A DNA stretch of 61,625 nucleotides, counting the filler, from Basidiobolus meristosporus CBS 931.73 (Eukaryota > Fungi > Basidiobolomycota), in the NCBI GenBank assembly GCA_002104905.1. It is 3 parts of 3 records of this genome, joined end to end, with 100 filler letters (N's around TTAATTAATTAA, not from the genome) between each part and the next. Parts side by side here need not be neighbours in the genome. Positions count along the whole stretch, not along the records: positions 1 to 27,563 come from MCFE01000900.1; 2 more parts are not named here. One strand, written 5' to 3'. A model generated the notes under the pieces. The model saw nothing but the letters and a program-made list of their open reading frames with translations, was not told the origin of the DNA and ran no database searches. The position numbers were made by a program, and so were the translations under genes. Positions 12,000-26,265 of the stretch are shown here, piece by piece. The stretch's first letter is position 1; each line of letters starts with the position of its first letter.

Positions 12000-12365
12000 T
12001 GTCACAAGTCTTGGTATAAGAATTGTAGAGGAATAGGGAGTTTAGCTAGTATTGTATTCACTGAAACTTGAACTGATTTTTATTGAGGTTCCAGCAGCTC
12101 TTTATAACATTTTGCCATATCAATTGCCTACTAATTGTATTTCCTAATGTAGGCTGTGGTTGATGACTCATTTGATTGCATCATCATCACCCAACAAGAT
12201 CCTACAAGTATATCTATTTCTGTTTGCTGAGGATCTGTTGATTCATTTGCTGACTAATGATCCAGATGTGATAGATAACACTGATGTTCTGATAGGCTAA
12301 ACATATAACTAACTGACTTGACTGAAACTGATCTAACTTATACATTCAAGCAGTAGATCATAACA
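12000..12365 (-). repeat. G1 5' LTR (366 bp) followed by PBS TTGGTAGCAGC
   Basis: TGTCA...TAACA termini; homologous to 59390-59755. Confidence 0.88.
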
Positions 12366-15300
12366 CACTGACTACAAAGCCTTGAACTCAGTTGCAGTGA
12401 TGAATAAGTAGACTATGCTGCAGAATGTTAAGTATCAGAACCAACTGAATGGAGACACAAAATTTGGCAAAATTGACCTCACATCAGGACATAACTAGAC
12501 ATGTATGAAGCCAGAAGTTATCCGTATGACAGCATTTAGACCAGAGGTGGACATTAGGAATACTTGGTTATGAGTTTTGGTCTCACCAATGCCCTGGCAA
12601 TATTCATGACCTTTATTCAAACTGTTTTCCCGGAGTACTTAGACAAATTTGAGGCAATTTACCTTGAAGACCAATGGATATGCAGCAATTCAAAAGAAGA
12701 CAGCTTGGTGTACACTGAAAAGGTCTTGAAGAGAGTAAGAAAGAACAAGCTATAAGGCAAGCTAGCAAATTGTCAGTGCTTCAAAGAGCATGTTCAATAT
12801 CTGCAACACATAGTGACTAGCACAGTAGTGACCCTAGACCTCAAGAAAGTAGTGATTATCACATATATGAAGCAACCCCATAGTGTCTTGGAGCACCGAT
12901 CATTTCTTGGAATGGTTTCCTATTGTTGGAGATTTGTCAAGTTTTTTGCAAATTCTATAGCCCCTCTGACTGATACCCTCAAGATAGACAACACCTTAAA
13001 GTAGGATATAGCCTGTGCATCTGGCCTTCAGTAGTTCAAGAATGAACTTGCCAAGCTGCCAAGTTAAGGAATACATGACTTCAGATAGGAGTTTACACTC
13101 TGCACAGATGCTTCAGACTATGCAATTGGTGAGGTATCAAGCCACCAATAAGAAGGAAGGGAATACCCAGTTACACTCAAGTCCAAGTAACTGAACTCAG
13201 CAGAGCAAAATGATTCAGTGCATGAGAAGGAGATACTTACCATAATACACTGCTTAAAGACATTAAGATGCTATATTGAAGGAGTCAAGTACGCAGTGAA
13301 TATTGTGTTGTGGTTTAAGAAGCAATTTGAATATAAGGAACCTTTCACATTAGAGTGATAATAGTTGAAGCTTTGTGTATTCATACAGAAGCTCTGTATT
13401 TATACCTTTGAAGAAGTGATACAGCTGCAAAGCTGAGTAAGGAGATTTTCTCAGCACTCAGGAGCATTCTGTAACAGTTTCAGGGTTAGTACATAATGTG
13501 TGGTAAAAGTGCTAATTTGATCTTGGATATAGGGAAATAATCATGTGATCATAGATCTGAAGAAAGTGGCAAAGTTAGGGCTGTGGGTTAGTCCTACAGT
13601 GACCAAGACTAGTGCAGAGCTATTTAGTAATTGTTTAGCTGCTAAATGATATCAAATAGTCCATTTTGTCTACACTCCCCCTCAGCTAATTAATACTTAG
13701 TCCAGCTTACTTAGTGAAGCTTTCAAACTGTGGCCTATCTAGGGGTTTTGTATGTAAACACACCATTGTTTTGTCAGTTAGGCAGTAAAGTAACTCTACT
13801 GATTTATTCTATACAGCTTACCTCACAAAGTGGTGTTGTATATCTAGGTGCTTAGTTCTGGCATGATTGGTAGGATTCCAAACTAGTGAAATACACATTT
13901 GACTATCTTTGTAAGTACATGTTGGTTCATCTGAGTTAAAGCCTAAGTCTTTGAGTAATTTTTGAAGCCATATAGCCTCCATAATTGCTTGACAAGAAGC
14001 CATATACTCAGCTTTAGTTTTAGATAGGGCAACAGCTTGTTATTTCTTGCAATTTCAAGTAAGAGCTGCACCAGAATAACAAAATTCATACCTTGTGATA
14101 GAGCATCTGTCAATCAATCCCTACCCTGATCTGACTTCCTATAACAATTAAAATTGTGCTTATTAGCTGCTACAGAGCATTCCAGCACCATATTTACGGT
14201 GCCTTGTAAATATTGGAAAAACCACCTAACTGGTGTAAGTTGATTTGATCCATAATTTTGCATGAATTGACTATTATTCTAACTGCCAGTGCAGTATTGG
14301 GTTATATAGACAACATCAGGTATATCAGCAACCTATCATGGATTGATAGTGAAGTTCTGGTCCTTATTCCAGCCTTTTCCATGTAATTTGGCTGTCATTT
14401 GCTCAGTTTCAGGTTATTGTTCATTGGAGTATCAGCAGGCTTGCAATTTTACATTTTGAAGCATCTAAGAATATCCCTTGTGTACTTGAACTGATTCAGC
14501 AGCCTTTCTGCATAGGTATGTCAAATTGGACATCAATTCCAAGAAAATAACTCAATTGTCCAAGATCTTTGATCTCAAACTTGTTGACAACTTTTGATTT
14601 AATCTATTTGACTAGCTGCAGGCCAGTTGCATTTGATATCAGGTTATGTACATAAAGAACTAAGATGATCACATCTTTTTGAGCTATTTGACATATATAC
14701 TCTAATCTGCAGTGCCATAAATGAACCCAATCTCCTCTAGGGATGTGTCAATCCTGATTTACCCTGTTCTATGTGCCTGTTTAAGCCCATAAAACAATTT
14801 GCTAAGTCTGCACAGCATATGGGAGCCTTTTGGATTGGTAACATGTAATGGTTGCTTAATACATAGAGTTTCTTGCAGATCTTCATTCAGAAAAGCTGTT
14901 TTGACATCCATTTGATGTTGATCTAGACTGTGTACAGCTGCCAGGGCTAGAACTATCCTAATGGAGTTATACTTTGCAATTGGAGCAAATATTTCCTCAA
15001 AACCTAGTCTCTGGATCTGCGACTAGTCTTCAGCCACTAATCTAGCCTTGTACTTATCATCAACACCATTTGTTGATTGCATCATCAGGCAGCTGGCCCT
15101 TGATTTTGGTGGCTTCCTGATCTCAACTTTCCTCAAATATAATGTCCCTGCCCAAGATCAGCCTCTGAATTTTGCCATCACACACTCTATACCCTTTAGT
15201 ATCCTTGCAATACCCAAGAAAGATATCTTTTTTACTCTTTGGCCCCAACTTTCTGCATTTTCTATCAAGGACTTGATGAAGGACTTCACCAACAAAGATC

Positions 15301-18300
15301 ATGAGGTGCTTGAGGTCTTGTTTCTTGCCTGTATATGCTTCAAAGGGAGTACATTCATGTAGAGCTGATGTTGGGTGTCTATTCCAGATATAAGCAGTAG
15401 TAGCAACAGATTCAGTCCAAAATTTGTAGTCCATTCCCTTATCATGTAGCAAAGATTGTCCAATCACTATTTTTGTATTTTTGCACATTCTCTTACTCCA
15501 TTTTGCTGTGCAGTATATGGAATAATGGTCTGTTGCGGTACACCAGCTGATGAGCAGTATTTTGCAAGCTCCTTTGAGCAATATTCCCCTCCATTATCAC
15601 TGCAAAGTACCTTCAATTTACACCCCCATATGTGCTTCTGCCATGTTTCTGATATGCTTAAGCTTCTCTAAAGCCTGATCCTTTGTCATGAGGAAGTACA
15701 CCTGTGTATATCTCTTCTTTTCATCAATAAATGCAATGAAGTATCTGTTGGCTCCAAAGAATAGTGTTCTAATGGGCCCACATATGTCTGGGTGCACAGT
15801 AGCCAGTAGTTTGATAGTGTCAGTAGCTGCTGAGCTCCTGAAAAAATTGCACGGCCTGTCTGCCATATGAACAACCCTTACTGATATTGATTTTGATTGC
15901 ATATTAGTGATTTAGGCCCAAAACAAGTCAATTATTCACCAGTTGGCTTATTTTCTGTACTCCAATGTGTCCTAGCCTCCTGTGCCATGTCTCCCAGTTG
16001 GGTTCATCAGTTTCAGCAATATTGACCTACTCAGGTACAATGGTCTTGCATTGTAACCTGTATTTATTGTGATCTCTGATAATCAAAGCTAATTTTGTCC
16101 ATTTTCACTCAATACTAAGCAGCTCAGCTTAGTCAAGACAAATTTTGGTTCCTGAGTAGTTGCTTTACTGACTAACAGTAGGCTCCTAGCAATTCTGGGC
16201 ACATGGAGAACATCAGTCAGTTTTGCTGTTGCTGCCCCTGCTATATCACTCAGGCTTAACTGCCTAGACCCACTGGCGGCAGCTTCCAGTCCAGAGTTTT
16301 CTATCAGGTAAACATTTCTTGTAGAAGTAGTGTCTAAGTGACTGAGCCACTCAAATATACCAGAAATATGCTGTTATGCTCCAGAGTCAATATATCATTC
16401 TTTACTTTGGTTACTTGCACTTGTTGGTACATTAACAAATAACTGCTCATTAGTAGTTATAGGGTTGGCCTGCTCCAGTTTCTTTTTTATTTCTGTTTGT
16501 TTCTTCTTGCATTCTCTTGCCCAGTGTTCTGGCTTTTGACAGTGGTTACAGCAACCACATTTTCTTTGGTTGGATTGCTATCCTTTCTTTTCTGGGTGCC
16601 TTTCTAGGCTGAATAAAGCATTATCTTCAGTTTTATCTGCTTGATCAATACATCTGAGTTCTTCATGGAAAAGTCTTCCTTTCAAGTAGTGTAAAGTTGG
16701 TTATCTTCTCTGCTTCTAAAGGAAAGTATGAGTGGCTCATAGCTGTCTGTTAAGTTGCTAAGTAGACAGAGTATCTTTTCTTCATCATGTCAACCAGCAT
16801 TAATACTGTAAAGTTCTTTTGCAAGTGTCTCCATTCTGATAATCACTTGTGGCATGTCACTTCTGGTTACTTCCTCATGTAGAGGAATTTTGTTTTCAAT
16901 AAAGCCTGCTTGAAACTGACTTTGCTCTAGAGATCTTTTCAAAGGATTCCCATGCTGCTTTGGTAGTATTTGAAGCATGATTTGTCTAATGAAGGAATCT
17001 TGCACATTGATACATATGGCATTAAAGACTTTTCTCTCATTTTATTGAGACTTTTTCACTTCTTCGGCTGTTGCTTTGTGCTCAACTTGATTTTCTGTTA
17101 CTATGTTTGAAAGCTTTCTTTCTGTAAGGTGGATCTGCTTCTTGATTCTCCAAGGTCTGTAGTTCTTCTCATAAAACCTCTCCTTTGGAGGTAAGATGTT
17201 TGTATTGTTCTGTTTGCTGGCAGACGTCATCTTTAGAATGGACTAGAGCAATTGGGGCTCATAATCTGATGCAATTTAAGAAGTAATTTGGATATAAGGA
17301 ACTTAGCACAAAATAGTGAGAACAGTTGAACTATTGTTTATTCATCAAGAAGTTCAGTACTTTACCTTTGTAGAAGTAATATAGCTGTAATACTAATTAG
17401 AGTTTCTCATCACTTAGCAGCATTATGTAACAGTATCAGGATTAGTATATAATGTCTGGTAAAAGTGCTAATCTTATCTTGACTAAAGGGAAATAATCAC
17501 GCAATCATAGATCTGAAGAGAGTGACAAAGTTGGGGCTGTAGGTTAGTCCTACAGTTACCAAGAATAGTCCAGAATTGCTAAGTAAACTTGTAGCTGCTG
17601 GATGATTACATATAGTCCAATATTTCAACAAACTAATAATTCCTCACTGAAGTATATAAACCAAGAAGGCTCCATCTATAAGGTGGATGAAGATATCAAG
17701 CATATTTCTTGGATAAAGCCAGCAAACGTATAGTACAAGATGAAACACCCTGACAAATTGTTGATGGAAGCACTTTTGCCTATTCCCCCTTTGCTGCCTG
17801 CCTGCATTTAATACACAGGCTAAACAAGAAATATGGACATTGTAGTAAGTGAAATCATGCCCAAGTTGCCAAATCAACCAAGGTAAACCACAGAGAGTTG
17901 CTGAACTTCTTCCCTTGGAGCCTGAAAGAGCATTGAAAATGGGGAATTGACTTCACTGGAAGACCTGTTGTTGCACTTTACCAGTAGCCAGTGAACAAGA
18001 AGTTGAAAATTTCTTTTACCATGAGATTCTGATGAAGTTTGAATTCCCTGTGGAAATTTTGTATTCTAAAGGAGCATGTTTATGACAAAAATATTGGAAG
18101 CCTACTGGGAAATGCAGCTGATCAAACACTTGACAACCTTGACATATCCCCATAGAACTAGTGTGGTGCTGAGCTGTTTAATAGATTATGTGGAGAAATG
18201 CTGACCTAGTTTCTAAATGGGGCTATAAATATGCAGGAGAAGTATATTGGCCAAGCACTATAAAACTGCAGAGTATGGGCACACAACTTTACCTAACAAT

Positions 18301-18762
18301 TGCCTTTTTACCAAGTTTATTGATGTGTACCAAAATATCCAGGACATTTCACGCTACCAATATTCACCAACAGCTTGGTGTATAAATTAGTCAGCATAGA
18401 AGACACCAACAATTGAAACAAAAACATCAGGAATTACAGGCCAAAATCTCCAAAAGTACCAACTAGCTAAAGGAGAGATTTAATAAGACTATATAACCAG
18501 AGGCTTTGTTGGTTGGGAACTTTGTAGTACTAAGAAATAATACTATGCAAGAGTTTGAGCAACTATGGATTGGACCAATCACAATCATTATGCAGTATCC
18601 ACTTGCCACATACAATTAGTAGACAAAGAAGAAAATATCCAAGAGAACTTAGACAGATTCATGCTACCAAGACCTACAGACAATGCTGAAGCATTAAGAT
18701 ACTGGTATCAAAAGAAAAAGGATTCTGGATAATCTAATCAGCTTTACTAGCAAAGAGGGCTA
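12366..18762 (+). pseudogene. pol: Gypsy G1-like pol (RT-RH at 12366-13305, IN at 17631-18762), split by a copia insertion
   Basis: MSFGLTNA and FLGMVSYCWRF RT remnants; 17631 onward aligns with the reverse complement of 61050-59760. Confidence 0.75.
13306..17630 (-). mobile_element. Copia C1, near full length and old (3' LTR 13306-13674; 5' LTR 17267-17630)
   Basis: Both LTRs, PPT at 13675, PBS-like GATTATGAGCCCC; LTRs strongly diverged; no TSD, consistent with a flanking deletion. Confidence 0.88.
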
Positions 18763-19126
18763 TGATATTCTGCTTGAATGTCTAAGTTTGATTGGTTTTG
18801 AGTTAAATCATTTATAACTGTGTATAGCCTCCCATTGCATCAGTTTTTTCTATCAGATCAATAGCTTTAGTCACTAGATCAATTGGCAGATCCTTATTGG
18901 ACAAATATATATATGTATCTGGTAAGATCTATTTAGGTGAAGATGATGCAAGTGAATGAGTGATTAGCCTTAACATACATCAGGAAATATTACTAGTCAG
19001 CCAGTGGTCTGCAAAATGCATATATAAGCTGTTGGAACTTCCACAGGGATCAGATCAGGTCTTGGTGAGTACAATACCAGCTAAAGTTCCTATTTGCCTC
19101 TAACTCTATCATCAAGACCTGTGACA
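18763..19126 (+). repeat. G1-like 3' LTR, degenerate
   Basis: Follows purine-rich GCAAAGAGGG; ends GTGACA; aligns with the other G1 LTRs. Confidence 0.7.
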
Positions 19127-20462
19127 CCAGAATTGAGAAGAACTTTGCAGTAAAAATGCTGGTAGAGTTGCTAATGAAAAGATACTGTGTCCACTTTACA
19201 GCCTACAAGACAGAACAGTACCACTGATGTTCACTATGGAGTAGGAGAAGGCAATCTGACCTTAGACTATGTCAAATGAAGATATCTTCACTGAAAAGCT
19301 CCAACATGATAACAAAGCAGAGAAAATTAAAGATGATGCTTTCTTTGGCACAGAAAGGCACACCAAAAAGGAGGGAAAGCAAAAGATTCAAAGAATACAA
19401 GGTTGCTGCAACTACTTTACTAAGCCAGAGCACTGGGCTAGAGAATGGAGAAGAGACAAGCAGATAAAAGACAGAAACAGAGTAGGTAAACCATATCATT
19501 ACTTGTCAAACAGTAACTTGTAAAAGCACAAGAGAATGTTAATATTTGCTATAGCAAATGATAAACTGACTCTAGAGCATTGCAGTATAATTTTAGTATC
19601 AAGGAGTGGTTTAGTAGCTGTAGGATTATTCCTGTAACAAAGATTTCTCTGAGAGACAACATTGCTCTGGAAGCTACTGCATGTGGGCCAACACACCTAA
19701 ATGTGAGTAATTTTTCAGGGGCAAAGACAGCAAAACTGACTGATGTACTCTACATACCTGGAATAGCTAAAGACCTACTATCAGTAATCAAAGCAACTAT
19801 TCAGAGACTGAAATAGGTTTTTACCTAGACAAGCTGCTCAATGTTGAGTGAAAATGTACAAAATTTAGCTTTGTATTCAAAGATTGCCATATATATAAGT
19901 TGCAACTCAAGATCATTTTAATTGAGTTTATTAAAACTGCAGAAGTTGTTGGAACTAACAGGGAGCATGATATCACAGGCTAGGACATATATTGTTAATC
20001 ACCATAATATTGACTATTGTGCACTTTGATATATGTGGGCCCACAAGAAAATTGGTCTATGGAGCCAAGTGATGCTGTCATATATATATTGATTACAAGA
20101 CAACATATTTATGGTGTACTTTTTCAAGACATAGGATGAAGCTGTAGAGAAGTTCAAGCCCTCAAACAACATGGAAGAAGCACACACTGAGCTCATATTG
20201 AAGGTATTTTGAATCTATAATTGAAGAAAATACAGCTATAAGGTGTTTGCAAAGTATTACTCAACTACTTTGGTAATTTATGGACTTTAGGTCTTTGGCT
20301 AAATCTGCTTCTAGCCCAGTATACACCAAGAATAGATGCCTAAAAGTAGCACTGCATAGCTCTATACTCTTTATGCATTAAATTACTGCCTGCCATTTGC
20401 TCTATTAGAAGAGTGCAGGCAAGCGTGAATTAGTTAAGTATATTGAGTGGTGATGTAGTAAC

Positions 20463-20811
20463 TGTTGTAAAAATTTGTATTTCCACCTAAATATTCACCT
20501 AACTTAGTCACTTAGATCATCACCTACAAATCCTAGAGAATACTGACCATATTCCTTGTTGGGAATTACTTAGAATATTTTCACCAAAATACCAGCTACC
20601 CTGAACATGAATACTCTCAATGTTGTCCAAATAGCCCTGGACTTTGCACACATGTTCTTAGGACCTTCCTTAACCTATTCTACGTGTTTAATATATCAAG
20701 ACCATGTAACAGTATAAATACTACTTTTACATTCAATAAAGCATTAAGCAAACACCACATAATCTACTTGTCCTTCCAACCATTTCCAATATCTCCAAGA
20801 CTCTTACAACA
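20463..20811 (+). repeat. Copia C2 solo LTR (349 bp)
   Basis: TGTTGTAAAAATTTG...CTTACAACA; matches 47433-47782; no TSD seen. Confidence 0.85.
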
Positions 20812-22135
20812 TATAGAAGATGCTAAAGGTTATAAAGGGTACAAAGACAAAACTTGGAAGTTAATCAAGAGCATGGATGTTGTATTTGAGGTAAATTCAA
20901 ATCAGAACACATTGAGATCATTGGCCAGCTGCTTTATAACTCAATCACCACTAACAAGACAGAATGTATTTAATTTAGCCAGATAAAGAGGAGATTTCTA
21001 CCAGTTCTGGATCAGGGCAGATTATCCTAGTTAGGACATCTACAAGATTATGAAATGCTCCTGGATCTTTGTGGCAGGCTTTAAATCAATATGAAGATGC
21101 TAATATTTTCTTATGTGCTAAACCTCAGAAACTGGAGCAGGTAATGAAAAGTCTAGAAGCTGCAATGAGTGAACAAGCCATCCAGTAGGAGCACCAATCA
21201 CTGATCAAGGCAAAAGTGTGGGAACAGGTAAATTTACCAAATTCAAGAAAGCCACTGGATTGCTGATGTGTATGCAAGATCAAGATATCCTGAAATGGTA
21301 TTATTGATAAGTTCAATGCTAGATTAGTAGCTATAGGCTCTTCCATATTAAGGGATGAGACTACAATGGAACATAGGTGCTAATAGCCAAATCTCACTCT
21401 GTCAGGATAGTTCTTGCCCTGTAAACGGTACAGAGTTTATATCTACACCAAATGCATGTCAAAATTGTGTATCTAAGTGAGGAGACCATATTTATGGTAT
21501 ATTGCCAATTTTTTAATACAGCAGGCCCCTATAAGGTACGCAGACTCAACAAATTGCTTTATGGGCATAGGCAGCCACCTAGAGCATTATGCAACATTAC
21601 TGACATATATCTAGAGGAATTTAGGCTAATTTGTATTGCTGCCTATTACCATGTGTATGGGACACAGCTTAAATAGAAAATTAATCTCCTTGTACCTTAA
21701 GTGGACAACCAGATACTAGTTACAGGTTACCTGAAGGCACTTACTTTGACAAAATCTGACCTTTTCCATGAGGTTGAGAATGAAGGCATTGGAAATGAAG
21801 CTATTTTCTCTGGAGTGAAGTCATACTTAGACATATGTATACAGGCAATTGTACTGAATTAGCCTGAGTACATCCAAAGCATTCTAGATGCTTCAAGAAG
21901 GAAAAATGCAGGACTGCAACAACCACCATGGAAAACAACCTAAAATCAAGTAAATCTTAGTCAATTTGGGTGAAAGTAGCTGAAATATGAACTAGAACTT
22001 TCCCTGTCAGTCAATGGTTGATAACCTGAGGTCCTTGATAACATTTGCTGGGTCAAAATATCAGTAGGAATAATTAGCCAGTTCATGCAGAGTTACAGAT
22101 CTGACCAAATTGTAGCATACAAGCAAATCTTCAGA

Positions 22136-22485
22136 TGTTAACAGTCTTGATATAAGAGTTGCAGAGGTATAAGGAGTTTAGCTGATAATATATTCACTAA
22201 CACTTGAACTCATCCTAATTGAGATTCCAGCAGCTCCTTGTATCCATTTTGCTAGATCAATTGCTGCTTAATTGCATTTCCCTATGCAGATTGTGGTTGA
22301 TGACTCATTTGATTGTATCCTCATCTCCCATTTATATGCCTCTAAGTATGCCTATTTCTGTCTGGTAAGGATCTGCTGACTAATCCTATTGATTTAATAA
22401 ATAACAATCATATAGACTAATCATAAACTAATTGATTTCACTATAGACTGATCTTACATTGATAATCCGCCAATGGAGCATAACA
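22136..22485 (-). repeat. G1 solo LTR inside copia RT/RH
   Basis: TGTTA...TAACA termini; degenerate CAGAT/CAAAT flanks; copia sequence resumes on both sides. Confidence 0.75.
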
Positions 22486-23589
22486 CAAATATCTGCAAGG
22501 TACCATAAAAATGGTTCTGGAGTACCCTGGAGCAGTTCAAAGGCATATATTTAATGGTTAAAATGATTCAGATTGTGTTTGGCATTAGATTGACAGATAT
22601 ATTGCCACTGGGTGTGTATCTCTTTATGCTGGTGCATCTATTAGTTGGAGTTGCAAGAGCAAACCAGCTGTGTCAGAACCAGGCATATATATACACAACA
22701 TCAGCTTGTGAGGGAAGCTTAAAAAAAATAATTCAGTAGAGCTCATTACTACCAAACTTACAGAATGGTTGCAAATATACTGACAAAACCTTTAGCTAGG
22801 CCATGGTTTTAGAATCTCAGAGAGATAAAGCAAATAGTAAATTATTAGACTTGTTCCATTGTACTGTGCCAGGGCGCGCGGCGCAATCCGCGGTTACAAA
22901 GAACGATCGGGCGCAATATTATAGCTACCAGAAGGCAGGATTGTTCTTGGATGATTTTGCACTATGCGGGACAATCTCGCACACTATGGCACAATCTGAC
23001 ACAATGAGGTTGGCGCGGATGATCGCGCCAACTCGTAATGCTTGCATCACGTGCACGATCGGATACCGCTATAATGGCAGGTAAAATCCGGTATTTGGAT
23101 ATGTTTCTTTAATGTAAATGGAAATAAATGTGTATCACACTATAAACTACACTGATACTTACCATTTTGGTTACCCTCACTCCAATTGGACAGTATCTCA
23201 GTGGTTAATTGGTTCAAAAGTATCCTGAAGCTGGCAGCCCCCAATTGGCTCATTGACTACTGAAAAAGCTACCTGATTTGCCATCAAATATCCCATTTTG
23301 CCCATTGAGCAAGTAAATCCCTGATCCTAGTGATTGGGCAAGGTGTCATAGCTAGCACGCAAGCAATCGTGTAGGTGCAAAACAGATCCAATAGCTGCAC
23401 TGGTATTACAGATGACGTATATATATGCAGGGTGTTTATTTATAGGGGTTCTGTCTCAAATGTGAGACGACCTTGATATTACTTATATCAAAAATTTGAT
23501 GATCACTGATTTGCGATGGCTTGATTCGGATCGCAAAAAAAAAGGGTTGTTGGGATCATTACGAATGTGAGCAATTCAAAGCGATCGCA

Positions 23590-25906
23590 TCATCTTCTCC
23601 TGGGTTTTTTTCTCACAGGGATTACCACTGAAGCATTTGGTAGTGACTCACTTTGCACACCTATACTACTTCCTGGCTGACTATCATCTTGGCTACTTGT
23701 GTATTCGTAGTCAGTATTTTGCCTCCTAGTTGATGAGTGCGATGCTGCAGCTTGGCCGCGCTGAATTGCTCCGGCTGAACCAACTGAACCAACTGAACCG
23801 GCCTCTAGTGCCACGCGCTGACGCGTTCTTTTACTTGCCAAGGGCTCCGGTGGTTGAGTCACTTCATGTTGGTCATCATCAGTCAGTTCACCAGAAGTAA
23901 CTTGCTGATGGTCAGGCAAAACGGCACGCGCAGGCGCGCCTTGACGCGTTGAGATGGCCCTTGGCTGAGTTTGATGTGATGCCGCATGTTGACGCGACTT
24001 GGTCCACTCCAATGGACTTGTGTCTAAATGAGCAGTTTGGTGAGTTCTGGTAGTTTTGCTCTGAAGCGCGCGCGTTGACCCGACGCGGGGCGTTCTGGTA
24101 AAGGGTGTTGGCGTGGTCTGGACTGACGTGCGCCGGCACGCTGTGGTTGCAAGAGATGGTAGGGAATCCAGCGAGGGGTGCTGGCGCAATCTGGACAATA
24201 ATGCTTGCGGTCTGTATTCTTCCTCCTGAAGCTCACCATCTGATTCCTCAAGGTATTCACTTACCCTCTGTCTGATACTTTGGAGCTATTGCCTGGATGA
24301 GTCCTGTGTATATTGCTCTTGGAATCCACTTAGCTCTACTAATATATCACGTAGTACATTAGTCATTTGAGGCAAAAACTCATTCAAAATCTCTTTGGTT
24401 CCCAAAGTTGAGGCGCTGTGGTGGTGTATAGGTCCAAGGGAGAGATACGTCCAACACTTCTCAAGTGTTTTGTGTGTGGGGTGTTCACTGGGTGCGATAA
24501 CCTCTGGCAAAAGCTTGCTAGGAATACTTGGGTTCTGTCTCTAATCTAATGTGAAGGGGAATAAAGCCACAAGCTTGTCAAGGGAAAACTATTGAGCTAC
24601 AATCCCCAACTTAGTTGGCGTCTTAACAAAAGTATGTGCTGGGTTCAGCGTCCTTTGAGATGACAATGTACTAAAGCTTCCAAAGTCAAAACAACTGTAA
24701 ACTCCACCAGCAGGGACTTGATAAGAATGCAGCTGTGGTCAATAGTTACAAAGACAGAAAAGTATCTTTGCCTGTACAAGAACAAACTTGGGAAAGAATC
24801 AAATATAATAAAAGATACCTACTCTGAGTATTCCTCACAAGTAGTGCCTCCAAGGTCAGTTGGCTGTCAGCGCGGTTTCCTGGGAGTGTCCTGTGGTCTA
24901 GGGTTGGAAGTTCAGGTAGCAGCAGGTAGCAGTGATCACACTAATCAACAAGTTGGTATATTGATAAAAGGGATGATGATTTATTGTTGAGGGATAGCCT
25001 CCCTTATATACTTTTCTTACTGGCTAAGTGATTACTAATCATGGTGTTCCAGAAGGTTCCAGATATCAATAGAAATCTTAATGACATCAGAATGACCTAA
25101 GAATGTTCTAAGTAGGTGCCGGAAGGTTCTAAGAGGCACAGCACATCCAACCAATCAGGAATTAGTATTCTGAAACCTGTGTAACATGGGGATACCATAT
25201 ATGGTATGGAAATGGTAGGGATGGTGACACGGGCTGATCATGTGTCACGGGTACTGGCGCGGGTACTTGCCTAATTTAGAAGTACTTATAGCTAGTAATC
25301 TTACATAAAGTGAGGGGTAACTTATGCAATAAGGTAAGCAGGTGTGATAGTCAACCGGCTTATGGGATAGTACTGATTGGGTAAGACAAATGGGATAAAA
25401 CTAAAATAAGTGTAGTAGAGATATAGGGAAGTAGAAAATAAGGGAATGAGCACATCTGTCAGTGGGTGTCACTGTCACCCCACTACAGCGCAAACGGACG
25501 CGTCCGGCCCGTACTGTGCAAATTGCGCGCGAAATCGTTCCTGCGCGGCTTCCTCGTCAAATCCCCTCACTCTCAGCTCATTCTTGATTTCAATACTTGT
25601 CTTGTTATATATCTTTTTACATACATCGGCTGGCATCTTGATGTAGAACTCATGCCACAGCTTTCTACTCAAATTCTTCCATCTTTGTCAACTCTCTGAG
25701 GTATCTAGTTCTGCTAGATTAATCAGTAGTGCCCAAATATCTGTATGAAGGCTCATCATAGACACTTGGGCCATACTAAAATCATTTGGCGAGAACTCGA
25801 ACGGATCCGACATCGACTTTTCCGGTCCGGACCGTGCTTGTGAGCTGGGGGATGGGTTTTGTCAGGGTTGTACTAAAGATGAGTTGAGGCTTGGTATGGG
25901 GACCAT
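23590..25906 (-). pseudogene. Harbinger ORF2 (Myb/SANT-like), interrupted by a solo LTR
   Basis: Same frame structure as 4070-5302; pieces appear in ORFs 25475-25672, 24286-24510 and 23590-24198. Confidence 0.72.
24417..25487 (-). repeat. Solo LTR (1071 bp), probably gypsy, with 4-bp GCGC TSD
   Basis: TGTGGTG...CACTACA termini; GCGC at 24413-24416 and 25488-25491; absent from copy 2; TATATAA on the minus strand near 25010. Confidence 0.88.
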
Positions 25907-26265
25907 AGCAACGGATTTGGATACTTATACAGCAGTATATTGGCATCAACCTGGTCTTATATGAAATATATATGAAAACTAATGTGATTGTTGAATTTTC
26001 CATATATTATGCATGATGCATCTTGGATTGCGTTGACATGGATCAGATCACATCAATCGCAGATTTCCTTTTTGATTATAGACCTATGATTAAAGCATCA
26101 ATAAAAGTACCAAGGCATTGTTTGCGGATGATTTTTGCAACATAATGATGGGATACATGGCAATTGATGGAGATTTAACCATAATGTGTTAAAAATCAGA
26201 TAAATAATGCAGATCGCGCCAATTCAATTCAAACCGCCTCCATACAATCATCCATCAATTTCAAT

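Larger units (their letters stand above)
19127..22846 (+). pseudogene. Heavily decayed copia C1 internal region, continuing after the Harbinger at 27336
   Basis: gag (CCNYFTKPEHWAREW), IN, RT and RH remnants colinear with 6932-10213; PPT and 3' LTR resume at 27336-27563. Confidence 0.75.

Noticed and set aside
24718-24990. ORFs inside solo LTRs (also 48886-49092)
   Set aside because: Short, without homology or motifs; expected by chance in LTRs.
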